The notes under the pieces were generated by a model. It had not been told where the DNA came from, ran no database searches, and saw only the letters and a list, made by a program, of their open reading frames with translations. From Malacoraja senta (lineage: Eukaryota): a stretch of 64,000 bases of DNA. Of this stretch, positions 45,112 through 58,337 are shown in pieces (position 1 is the first letter of the stretch; each line of letters starts with the position of its first letter). The position numbers and the translations under genes were made by a program. The stretch spans positions 3,970,001-4,034,000 of the forward strand of contig CM075993.1 in the NCBI GenBank assembly GCA_038087875.1, read 5' to 3'.

Positions 45112-47116
45112 GGATTGATGTGAACAGTAAAGGCTAGTTAAGACCGTCAGACAAAGAAAAATGTTGCTGAAGCCAAAATCCACTGTTAGGAACGTGAAGG
45201 ACTTTGTAATCTTGGCACATCAAGGTTTGTTGGGGAAATCTGTCCAAGATACATTATTTATTTCTGAAATTATCTCAGTAGAAGGGACAGGCTGATAAGG
45301 AGACCTTCAGCTCCCAGCTGGAAGGCTACAAGGCCTGGCACTGAAGTCAGTACTTGCTGGTTAGAGTCATAGTCATTAAGCTACACAAATAGAAACAGGC
45401 CCTTCGGCCCGACCCATCCATGCCGACCAAGCTGCCTAACCAGACTAGACCCATTTGCCCCGAAACGTTGCCTATTTCCTTCGCTCCATAGATGCTGCTG
45501 CACCCGCTGAGTTTCTCCAGCATTTTGTGTACCTTCGATTTTCCAGCATCTGCAGTTCCTTCTTAACCATTTGCCTGCTCATCCCATATTCCTCCTATCC
45601 TCAAACCTTTCTTGATTAGTAAGGGCATCAAAGGAATACAGGGATAAGGCACCAGTGGGGGAGTCTAGGACCAGAGGGCACAGCCTCAGAATAACAGGAT
45701 GTACCTTTAGAATAGAGATGAGGAAGGATTTCTTTAGCCAGAGGGTGGTGAATCTGTGGAATTCAATGCCACGGAGGACTGTGGTGGCCAAGTCATTGGG
45801 TATTTATGAAGTGGAGATTGATAGTTGCTTGATTATTACGGGTGTCAAAGGTTACAGGGAGATGGCACGAGAATAGGGTTGAGAGGGAAAGATAAATCAG
45901 CCATGATCGAATGGTGGAGCAGACTGAATGGGTCAAATGGCGCGTCTTTGGAATGTGGGAGGAAACCGAGCACCCGAAGAAAACCAACGCGGTGACAGGA
46001 TTAACTTGCAAACTCGCACAGACAGCACCCATGATCAGGATCGAGCCCGGGTCTCTGGCGCTGTGAGGCAGCAACTCTACCACTGCACCATTGTGCCTCA
46101 GTGTATCTGCAACTGAGCTGGAGTTGGCCGATCTCTGTTCGTGTGACTTTGAGTCTCGAGATCTGTTTGTTAAGGGCTTGGACACGCTAGAGGCAGGAAA
46201 CATGTTCCCGATGTTGGGGGAGTCCAGAACCAAGGGCCACAGTTTAAGAATAAGGGGTAAGCCATTTAGAACGGAGACGAGGAAACGCTTTTTCTCACAG
46301 AGAGCGGTGAGTCTGTGGAATTCTCTGCCTCAGAGGGCGGTGGAGGCCGGTTCTCTGGATGCTTTCAAGAGAGAGCTAGATAGGGCTCTTAAAAATAGCA
46401 GAGTCAGGGGATATGGGGAGAAGGCAGGAACGGGGTACTGATTGGGGATGATCAGTCATGATCACATTGAATGGCGGTGCTGGCTCAAAGGGCCAAATAG
46501 CCTACTCCTGCACCTATTGTCTATTGTCTATTGTCTATTGAAATCCAGCACTGTAGATACTGCCAAGCAACCAGAGGCCAATTACTTCAAAAGCATGTTG
46601 ACCACAGCAACACTGTACAAGACAGACATGTGCCACTAAGGAACCTTTTGAAACCTCAGGACTTTCCACAGCCAATGTTCAGAGTGTCTGCACTGGACCA
46701 TTCTGAAACTCATAAGCCTAAAAGACGCATTTCCTTTTGCAAATAAATCTTCTTGGTGAAATAAATAAAAAAGTAATTGGAGCACTTATTCAGACACAAT
46801 AATTAAATTCCAGTCACGCACGTGCTTTGCATATTTCAATTGAAATGTAACATCTTTCAATCCCATTCTTTGTATTTGCATTTGGGTGATTTTAATTTTA
46901 AATGAGCAGCCTGATGCTGCTACTTAAGTGGTCAGGCTGGCAAAGCCAGGCTAGCTACCCCTTCCTTCATTCTGTACATCTGTTCTGGTTGAAAGTCTAA
47001 TGTGTTCTTCTTTTCACACTCAGCTGCCTCAACACAGCAAGCTCTCTGCAAGGCTTAACGCTCGACTGAACTGGCAACGCAAGTTATAACAGTGAAATGT
47101 ACAGACCTTTGGCTGG

Positions 47117-48793
47117 ACACACGGACAGACACACGCACACACACACACAGACACACACACAAACATGCACAGACACGCACACACACACACACACAAATAT
47201 ACGTAGCCACACACAGACAAACACACACACAGTCGCACGCACACACATGCACACATACGGACGCACACACACAAACACGTGCACACACACACACACACAC
47301 ACACGAATATACATAGCCACACACAGACAAACACACACACAGTCGCACGCACACACTTGCACACATATGGACGCACATACGCAGACACGCAGACACACAT
47401 GCACGCATACACGCACATATGCAGACACACACAGACATACAGATACAAACACACACACTCACGCTAAATGCGCATTAAAAAAGTGTTTTTTTTTGTAGGT
47501 AAAGGAAGTGCTGCTACGCATATTAATTAATAATCAAACCAACTTTATCACATTTTTTTCTCTCAAAGCACCCTCCCCTTCTGTTTTGATTTTAACTTCT
47601 AAAATAATAAAACTAAAAAACTGTATAAAATCAAAGGGAGACACAAGTGCTGGAGAAACTGAGCAGCTGAGGCAGCATATATCTGCCTCACCCGCTGAGT
47701 TCCTCCAGCATTTTTGTCTACCTTCGATTTTCCAGCATCTGCAGTTCCTTCTTAAACATGTATAAAATCAACGTGTGTTTAACAATAAAAATTCAAAAAC
47801 ATCTAGTTTGTAACTTTTTCGAGGTGCCAGTATGCGTACCAGTGCTCACCGCCACAAATAAAAGCTATTTAAGGTAAAAACATACCTACATATTCGGAGA
47901 AACACACAATCAGTGACAGATATATTTGCCCACACACCAGAGATGCACATATACACAAAGAAATGCTCACACAGACAAACATGTACTGTGTACAAAACAC
48001 GCAGGTACAAGAGAAACACACAATCCTGTGCACATTTACACACACACTCACCCTGACACTACCCACATACTGTCCATAAAACACACACATACTCAGAAAA
48101 AACATGCTATCATGCTCACACATACACACTCACACACACAAACTCACATGCCCACACACACTCACACACACACACACCCACACACACAACCACTCACACA
48201 CACAACCACACACACACTCACACCTACGCACCCACACACACCCACACTCACACACACACTCACACACACTCACAAAACTCACATACCCACACACACTCAC
48301 ACACACCCACACACACAACCACTCACACACACACCTACGCACACACACTCACTCACACGCACACTTACATACCCACACCCACACACACTCACACACACAC
48401 ACACACACACACTCACACACACCACACACACACCCACACTCACACACACCCACACACACAACCACTCACACACACACCTACGCACACACACACACTCACA
48501 CACACACTTACATACCCACACCCACACACACTCACACACACACACACACACTCACACACACACACACACACACTCACACACGCACACACACTACACACAC
48601 ACACACACACACACTCACACACGCACACACACTCACACACACACACACACACACACTCACTCACACACACACTCACACACGCACACACACACACACACAC
48701 ACTCACACACGCACACACACTCACACACACACATACACACTCACTCACACACACACACACCCACACACCCACACACACACACACCCACACACA

Positions 48794-48844
<51 letters not shown>

Positions 48845-48859
48845 ACACACACACACACA

Positions 48860-48906
<47 letters not shown>

Positions 48907-50070
48907 ACACACACACACGCACACACACTCACACACACACACACACACTCACTCACACACACACACCCACACACACACTCACACACACACACACACCCAC
49001 ACACACACACACACTCACACACACCCACACACACACACACACTCACACACACACACACACACACACACCCACACACACTCACACACACACACACACCCAC
49101 ACACACACACAACCACACACTTGCACACTCATGCTGACAGAAACATTTACAGTGCACTAACACGCACATATACACACGCACATACACACACACCTCGCTA
49201 CAAACATGTACTGTCCATAAAACACACATACACAGAAATGTATCATCGTCACACGCACTCACACTCACACTCACACACTCACACACTCACACACACACTC
49301 ACACGCACTCACACTCACACACTCACACACTCACACACTCACACACACACTCACACACTCACACACTCACACACACACTCACACACTCACACACTCACAC
49401 ACTCACACACACGCACTCACACTCACACTCACACACTCACACACTCACACACACACTCACACGCACTCACACTCACACACTCACACACTCACACACTCAC
49501 ACACTCACACACTCCTCACACGCACTCACACTCACACACTCACACACTCACACACTCACACACACACTCACACACTCACACACACTCACACACACACTCA
49601 CACACTCACACACTCACACACGCACACACTCACACACACACTCACACACTCACACACTCACACACTCACACACACTCACACACTCACACACTCACACACT
49701 CACACACACACTCACACACTCACACACTCACACACTCACACACACACTCACACACTCACACACTCACACACTCACACACTCACACACTCCACACTCCACA
49801 CACTCACACACAAACTCACATACCCACAAACACGCACTCACACTCACACACAAACACACGCCTACAGAAACATATAATGTACCCAAAACACACACATATA
49901 CAGAAAAACACACAATCGTGGGTACGTTTACACACTCACACACACTCACACTGACGCACATACTGGCAAATACATACTGTACACAAAAACAGATATTTAG
50001 ACAGAAAACCCAAGACTTGCATAGAAACATATTACACACACGCACACGCATGCACACACACACACGCACA
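47117..50070. repeat. About 3-kb compound CA-rich microsatellite/satellite, (CA)n and (CACACT)n
   Basis: Directly visible; source of the His/Thr and Cys/Val pseudo-ORFs. Confidence 0.97.
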
Positions 50071-53000
50071 CAAAATAGTTTCTTGTTCTTCGGACTATTA
50101 TAACACAAAGAAAGACCAAACGCACAAATGGTAGAAAGTGTGATGAGACATTCCTTCCACCTGACTGGAGACATACACCGCTGGTCCCAACTCTCCAAAG
50201 ATGTGGTTAATATTTATAACAAATCAGCATTTATCAAATTTGAACCAGAAGAAGAAAATTATGGAATTACAGAATTCAAAAAGTCAAAATGCCTGCAGCA
50301 GATACAAGTTTGACCTACAGAAATGAAGTCAGTGCAAGCGACGAAGGAAGGAAATATTTAATGGGCTTCAGCAAGAGAAAATCAATGGAACTAATTACAT
50401 GGTACAGTGTACACTCAGGCCATTCAGCCCTAGTTCCCCCTACTGGTCCAATACCCCAGCAATAATGGAGGGGCGGCACGGTGGCCCAGCGGTAGAGTTG
50501 CTGCCTCACAGTGCCAGAGACCCGGGTTCGATCCTGACTACGGGTGCTGTCTGTACATTGGTACGTTCTGCTGTCTGAGTTTGTACGTGACCGCGTGGGT
50601 TTTCAACAGGAGCTCCGGTTTCCTCCCACACACGCCAAAGACGTGCAGGTTTGAAGGTTAATTGGCTTTGGTAAAAATTGTAAATTGTCCCTAATGTATA
50701 GGACGGTGGTAGTGTGCAGGGATCGCTGGTTGGCGCGGACTCGGTGGGCTGAAGGGCCTGTTTCCGCGGTAGGTCTCTAATAAGGTAGATGGGAGATCAG
50801 GACCGCTCTCTAGTTGGTGAGACGTCCTGATCTCCCATCTACCTCATTGGAGACCTTCAAACTATCTTTAATTGGACTTTACCTTGCACTAAACGTTTAT
50901 CCCGTACCTACATACTGTGGACAGCTTGATTGTAATCATGTATAGTCTTTCTGTTGATTGGATACACGCAACAAAACAAAATCGTTCCTTTGTACCTGAG
51001 GTAGATAGTTTAGAGACAGGCTCTTCGGTCCACCGAGTCCACACCGACCAGTGATCTCCGCACATTAACACAAACCCAACACACTAGGGACAATTTACAC
51101 TTATACCAATCAACATACAAACCTGTACGTCTTTGGAGTGTGGGAGGAAACAGAAGATCTCGGAGAAAACCCACGCAGGTCACGGGGAGGACGTACAAAC
51201 TCCGTACAGACAGCACCCGTAGTCGGGATCGTAACCGGGTCTCTGGCGCTGCAAGCGCTGTAAGGCGGCAACTCTACCGCTGCGCCACCGTGCCGCCCAT
51301 ATCGTATAGATCAAAGGAATCGAGGGAATGGGGAAAGGATTAGTATACAGAACTCCATGGCAGCACCGGCATGACCTTACTAAACGGGCGAGCACATTTG
51401 AAGGGTTATGTGTAGGGAGGAACTGCAGATGCTGGTTTAAACCGTAGACACAAAACAGTCACAAAAAGCTGGAGTAACTCAGCGGGACAGGCAGCATCTC
51501 TGGAGAGAAGGAATGGGTGACATTTCGGACTGAAGAAGGGTCTCGACCCGAAGGGTCTCATCACCTATTCCTTTACTCCACAGATGCTCTCTGACCCATT
51601 GAGTTCATAAGGTCATAAGTGATAGGAGTAGAATTAGACCATTCGGCCCATCAAGTCTACTCCGCCATTCAATCATGGCTGATCTATCTCTCCCTCCTAA
51701 CCACATTCTCCTGCCTTCGCCCCATAATTTCTGACACCCGTACTAATGAAGAATCTATCTATCTCTGCCTTGAATACATCCACTGACTTGGCCTCCACAG
51801 CCTTCTGTGGCAAAGTTACTCCAGCATTTTGTGTCTATCTTCGATTTCAAGGGTTAAATGGCATCCTCCTGCTTCTCAGATTGGCCCATTATTTCGCACA
51901 GGTTTACTTCCCATTCTGGACATTTAACAAAAAGGAACGTGTACAAAACTTGCTCATTTTGCGCTAAAAATGGTCCCCATTTGTTCAGCATTAAATGAGC
52001 AGAGGAAGCGGGAGCTGCTAATATCTTTAGTGTATTCCAGGCTGCGGACTGGCAGCCCGGGTGATTATCGACGGGTGATTGAAGGCTTCTCCGGACATCC
52101 CCTGGGCCCCGCAGTGAAATTGCATTTCTAATTGAAATGTTTGTAGGGAAGATTCATGATTACACCAGAGATAGAACCTCAATCAAACGCGGGGCTCTGC
52201 GAGACTCTGCTCATGATGGAGCTGAAATAACAGCAATCATGTGGGTCACACGTCTAGCTGGGGTCTCAACGCATTGAATATTAAACGGCCGGGCGTCTCC
52301 GCTGCCTGTCCTGCTGCGCGTCTGGGACACACTCAGAGGCCGATATATTTACCCGCGCACCAGAGATACAGATACACACAAAGACATACTCGCCGAGACA
52401 AACATATACTGCACACAAAACACACACGTACACACCGAGACACACACAATCCAGGACAAGGGGTCACAGTTTAAGGATAAAGGGGAAATCCTTTAGGACC
52501 GAGATGAGAAAAACATTTTTCACACAGAGAGTGGTGAATCTCTGGAACTCTCTGCCACAGAAGGTAGTTGAGGCCAGTTCATTGGCTATATTTAAGAGGG
52601 AGTTAGATGTGGCCCTTGTGGCTAAAGGGATCAGGGGGTATGGAGAGAAGGCAGGTACAGGATACTGAGTTGGATGATCAGCCATGATCATATTGAATGG
52701 CAGTGCAGGCTCGAAGGGCCGAATGGCCTACTCCTGCACCTATTTTCTATGTATCTATGTTAATCCTGCACATATATACAGCACACACACTCACCCTGAC
52801 ACAAACACATACTGTCCATAAAACACACACATACACAGAAAAACATACAATCAGAGAAACATAGAAAAATAGGTGCAGGAGTAGGCCACTCGGCCCTTCG
52901 AGCCAGCACCGCCATTCAATATGATCATGGCTGATCATCTAAAATCAGTACCCCGTTCCTGCTTTTCCCCCCATATCCCTTGATTCCTTCAACCCTAACA

Positions 53001-53255
53001 GCTAAATCCAACTCACTCTTGAAAACATCCAGTGAATTGGCCTCCACTGCCGTCTGTGGCAGAGAATTCCACAGATTCACAACTCTCTGGGTGAAAAGGT
53101 TTTTCCTCATCACAGTCCTAAATTAAGAATAAAGGGTAGGCCACTATGCGGAGAAGGCAGGAGAATTGGGTTAGGAGGGAGAGATAGATCAGCCATGATT
53201 GAATGACGGAGTAGACTTGACCGAATGGCGGAGTAGACTTGACCAAATGGCCTAA

Positions 53256-54621
53256 AGGGGCTGTCCCACTGTAAGAGCTAATTCAAGAGCTCTCCCGAGT
53301 TTAAAAAAAAAATCAAGCTCGTGGTAAGCACGTAGAATGTACATAGTGGGTACGTCGGAGCTCGGGACGTCTCTTAGTAGGTATGTTACAAAACTTACCT
53401 TCAGTCGCGCTGTAATTCTGTCACTGGCCGTGTGTGCGATTTTGGCGCCTTTAAGGGGGGGTGGGGTTAAAACGTGGGTTTCTCCTCCCTTGTCCTGGTT
53501 AATATTTTGTTGGAGTACAAGCCTTGGCTGACAAATCGTTCCTAGTGGCGATTTGTGTATTTTTTATTTTTATTAAATCGTCAATGTCAGCGCTGGAGTA
53601 ATTTTAAAAGCAGCTCCTGAAGCGTCAACGCCGATAACGGGGACGGATTTCACACACGGGACAGGTAAACGAAAGTGGTTTCTTTAAATGTATAAAAGTG
53701 CTTCTTAAGAAGCCTTTAATTCACATTTTTTCATGCGACACGGTGATTTTATTCCCCGAATTAACGGCAGTATTTTTCATGCCAATACGGGGTTAAATTC
53801 ACTGCAAATGAACGTTCCAAAAGATCGCGTTCCAGAAATCCTCACTCACAAGATGATTTAAATCCCCATTAATTTACAGGTATTAAACATTCAATTCCTT
53901 CCATTTGGCCTGTAAATTCATGAAAATTAGATTTAAAAATTATGTTATATTGTGAATTATTGTGTGAATGTTGTTTGGACACTTAGGCTATTTAAAAATG
54001 TTAATCTATTCTTAAGAAATTGATAGATGTTTAGATCTAGTAATTGAATTTTGTAATTAGCTACAATTAGGTAACTAACTAATTATATGCTTTACTTTCA
54101 TGTCTTCTAAGTAAGATTGTTTCATATTTGTTTCAGAATGCTTCAATCTATAATAACTGAAAATTTCTTTCAGTTATCTTAATTTTTAAGAAAGTTATGG
54201 GCTTTTGACTGTCCTCGATCACAGCTTTTGTGTTAAGTCAATGGAAAAGCAATAGGGAACAAGATGCTAATTTCCGAGTATGAAAATGGCCATAACTTCT
54301 TTAATACTGAAGATATGAAAGTGAATTAGGTGTCAAATTAAACTTCTTTTTATGCTTTATCTGATGGGATAAATTGCAGACTTTATTTTTAAAATCTCAA
54401 AATTTTGTAACATTGCTACTCTTAGCGGCTCGTAACGCTAACGGCAGGTACTCGGGAAACGCGGTAAGCTCGTGAAGACTCGTGAAGATTTTTCAGCATG
54501 TTGAAAAATGTCCACGAGAGCCCCGAGTACCGACGAGCGGCTATTACCGTAATTCTCCGAGTTCGAATCAGGGGAAACTCGGGAGAACTCTTGAATTAGC
54601 TCGTACAGTGGGACAGCCCCT
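53256..54621. mobile_element. PIF/Harbinger-like MITE (about 47-bp TIR, TAA TSD) carrying a nested 1041-bp DNA transposon
   Basis: TIR AGGGGCTGTCCCACTGT.GAGCTAATTCAAGAG.TCTCCCGAGTTT; removing it restores the CR1-type tail ATGGCCTAATTCTGCTCC. Confidence 0.85.
53378..54418. mobile_element. Non-autonomous DNA transposon copy 1 (TAG...CTA termini, 7-bp TSD CTCTTAG)
   Basis: Imperfect TIR TAGGTATGTTACAAAA / TAGCAATGTTACAAAA; 1041 bp. Confidence 0.85.
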
Positions 54622-56039
54622 TAATTCTGCTCCTATCACATGAACTTATGACAGAAGAGGCATGAGAGCAAAATAGCGGGATAACGCACAGCATAAGATC
54701 TGGCAGCACGGAACACACAACAACCTGAATGAATGGTGGAGTAGACTTGACGGGCCGAATGGCCTAAATCTGCTGCTTGAACTCATGAGCCTATGAACTG
54801 AACAGCACAAACCGAGCAGCAAGTGGCTGCTCCCTGCAGTATTTCCATTGTTTTTACTCCACAGTTGGGGCTGCGTTATGCCTTGCTCGGCCAGTTGGAG
54901 GAGCTAGCAGACTTCTGTTGCATTAAACAATGCAGCCACGGGAGCTCAGCGCACCATCACTGAGGTTCGGACGAGACACCACACCCTCCCTGTGACTGCA
55001 GGTCCCGTCCCCTCACTGTGGGACGCTCTTTAAGATGTGTTCATATCGGCCCAATGTAAATGCAAATGCCATCATAATGGGCACACTTAGCCCTGTCACG
55101 GTCGTCGATGAGTCTTCAGATTTTCATGTGTCGGAACGAACTGCAGATCCTGGTTTAAATCGAAGGTAGACATAAAACGCTGGAGTAACTCGGCGGGACA
55201 GGCAGCACCTCTAGAGAGAAGGAATGGGCGACGTTTCGGGACAAGGCTCTTTTTCAGACATTCTTTTGTTTTGAAGAAGGGTCTCGACCCGAAACGTCGC
55301 CCATTCCTTCTCTCCGGAGATGCTGCCTTTAGAATTTCGTGGTTGATGACGAATAGAGTGCAGCAGAAGAGAGGTTATGTCACTGGACTGGTGATACAGA
55401 AGGCAGGACCAAAGGTCTACAACAGAAGATCACGTCTCATCACCGAAGCTGGCAAATGCACAATGACAAGCTCGTGTCAGTACGTTAGTTTAGTTATAGA
55501 GATACAGCGTGGAAACAGGCCCTTCCGCCCACCGAGTCCGCACCTACCGCATTCACCCGTATAACTAGTTCTGTCCCACGCACCAAGGGCAATTTATGGA
55601 AGCCAATTAACAGAGAAACCTGGACGTTTTGGAATGTAGGAGGGAAACCGGAGCACCCGGAGGAAACCCACGTGGTCACAGGGAGAATGTACAAGCACCC
55701 ATAATCTGGATGGGAGCCAGGCCTCTGGTGCTGTAAGGTGGCTCCACCACTCCGCCACTGTGTCACCCTTTCATGTTGACCATCAAATGGTAAAACATAG
55801 AAACATAGAAAATAGGTGCAGGAGTAGGCCATTCGGCCCTTCGAGCCTGCACCGCCATTCAATATGATCATGGCTGATCATCCAACTCAGTATCCTGTAC
55901 CTGCCTTCTCTCCATACCCCCTGATCCCTTTAGACACAAGGGCCACATCTAACTCCCTCATAGGTCAAGCAGTATCTGTGGAGAACATGGATGTGTTGAC
56001 GTTTCGGGTCGGGACTCTTCTTCAGACTGAAACATCATC

Positions 56040-56718
56040 CATCACCTTTTCAGGTGAGGCAGAGGTTCACTCTCACCTCCTCCAACCTCATCTACTGTAT
56101 CCGCTGGTCATAGAAACATAGACATAGAAACATAGAAAGTAGGTGCAGGTGTAGGCCGTTCGGCCCTTCGAGCCAGCACCGCCATTCAATATGATCATGG
56201 CAGATCATCCAGAATCAGTACCCAGTTCCTGCTATTTCCCCATATCCCTTGATTCCGTTAGCCCTAAGAGCTATATCTAACTCTCTCTTGAATACAGGTA
56301 TGGAATCCAATATATCGGCGAGACCAAGCGCAGACTCGGCGATCGTTTTGCTGAACACTTCCGCTCAGTCCGCCTAAACCTACTTGATCTCCTGGTTGCT
56401 AAACACTTTAACTCCCCCTCCCAATCCCACAATGACCTTAGACAAAAGTGCTGGAGAAACTCAGCGGGTTTCTATGGAGCGAAGGAAATAGGCAACGTTT
56501 CGGGCCGGCCCAAAACGTTGCCTATTTCCTTCGCTCCATAAATGCTGCCGCACCCGCTGAGTTTCTCCAGCACTTTTGTCTACCTTCGATTTTCCAGCAT
56601 CTGCAGTTCCTTCTTAAACCCACAATGACCTTTCTGTCCTGGGCCTCCTCCACTGTCAGAGTGAGGCCCAGCAAAAAATTGGAGGAACAGCACCTCATAT
56701 TTCATTTGGGCAGCTTAG
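56040..56718 (+). mobile_element. Fragmented Penelope-like GIY-YIG region split by a CR1 tail and a hairpin repeat
   Basis: YIGETKRRLGDRFAEHFRSVRLNLLDLLVAKHFNSPS at about 56310-56430; KLEEQHLIFHLGSL at about 56675-56718. Confidence 0.75.
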
Positions 56719-58011
56719 TTTAGTTTAGAGATACCGCGTGGAAACAGGCCCTTCGGCCCAGCGAGTCTGTGCCAACCACAATCGCCCCGTACACAAGCAC
56801 TATCCTACACACTAGGGGCAATTTGCAATTTTACCAAAGCCAAATGAAACTAACCATCACGACAACTAGCTGCCCCCTTATCTAGTACTAGTTACACCTA
56901 CTAAACCTCTAATAGATTAGTTAACCACAATTTTCTTTTCAGAAATGCATGTTGACTCTGCACAGTTCACTGTGTAGGAAGGAACTGCAGATGCTGGTTT
57001 GAACCGAAGATAGACACAAAATGCTGGAGTAACTCGGCGGGACAGGCAGCATCTCTGGAGAGAAGGAATGGGTGACATTTTAGGTCGAGACCCTGCCTCT
57101 AAACATCACCCATTCCTTCTCTCCAAAGATGCTGCCTGTCCCGCTGAGTTGCTCCAGCATTTTGTGCCTATCTGCACAATGCTATCACCATTTTCTAACT
57201 TCCTCGGTGATAGATTTTAACACTTTCCATTCTTCTAACATCAGGCTATTCCCTGGCTTCTCCTCACGTCTACCACAGAGACCTTTGATGAACTTTAGCA
57301 CGTTGAAGGCAGTGAATTCAGGCCCTTTATTTCCCATCCACCCAGGGATTGTGTGCGAGGTGACTTTAAGAGGATGTTTCGGAGACGTGCTCTAAACCCC
57401 CAAAATGGCCATAAGCAACACCACGGGAGAATATCTGGCTTCAAACAAAACTAGACAGGACAACCTTGTCCCTGGTGATTATTTCAAAATGAATTATGAG
57501 TTGATGATCTAATCAAGGCGCTCAAATGACAGCATAAATCATCAAAGGCAGAGCTCCTTTAGTTTACCAATATCATCATAACTCTGAGATTGGATTAGGA
57601 CATTAAATTCACTTAAGGCTCTCCGTCCTCGTTACATTATGCGCAGGCTCTTTGTTCCCGATGTCCGAGCAGTCCATCAGTTTGTCTCAGCTGCCACGCA
57701 TGAGGAGAAGGCGATGCAATGCTCGGTCCACATTCAATTATCTGGCATCAGGGCCGAGCGAGAGCCATCTGTCGGCCCAAAGAGCGTGGACGGTCCAGCT
57801 CTTTGGCGGAGATGCGCTCTCGCTCGGCCCTGGGAACACCAGCGTGGTGGAAAAGTCACGGGCTGGAAATCAAGAGAAGTGCAAGCAGTGGAAATCCGAA
57901 ATTTGAAAAAATGGGAAAGAAGGGTCTCTGGGAAGAGGAGCAGAGTTAACGTGTTGGAAGGAACTGCAGATGCTGGTTTAAACCGAAGACAGACACAAAA
58001 AGCTGGAGTGA

Positions 58012-58229
58012 AGGGCCTGTCCCACTTGGGCGTCATTTGCACGTCACGCAGATGGCGCGCGAAGATTTTGTACATCCCAAAATCCTGAGGCGCCATGCGC
58101 GATACTGCCTACGTCACCACGCACCATGCGTGCATCACGTGCGTGGCACAACGTGCGCATCGTGCGTCGTGACGCGTAAATGATGACGCGTAAATAACGC
58201 GCCAATGACGCCCAAGTGGGACAGGCTCT
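58012..58229. mobile_element. Harbinger-like MITE, 218 bp
   Basis: TIR AGGGCCTGTCCCACTTGGGCGTCATT; TSD TGA/TAA inside the host motif GGAG-TAA-CTCAGC. Confidence 0.82.
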
Positions 58230-58337
58230 TAACTCAGCGGGTCAGACAGCATCTCTGGCGAAAAAGAATAGGTGACGTTTCGGGTCGAGACCTTTCTTCA
58301 GACTGAGAGTCAGGGGAAAGGGAAACGATAGATATAG

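Noticed and set aside
47926..49954. Long His/Thr-rich ORFs (403 and 616 aa) and antisense Cys/Val ORFs
   Set aside because: Translation artefacts of (CA)n/(CACACT)n repeats, which lack stop codons.
50471..50545. tRNA-like sequences with A and B boxes (many copies)
   Set aside because: They are SINE heads continuing into V-domain and CR1-type tails; no complete cloverleaf.
57630..57870. GC-rich unique segment as an upstream CCDC33 exon (acceptor-like tttccag on -)
   Set aside because: All three frames after the acceptor hit stops without a convincing donor or CCDC33-like peptide.
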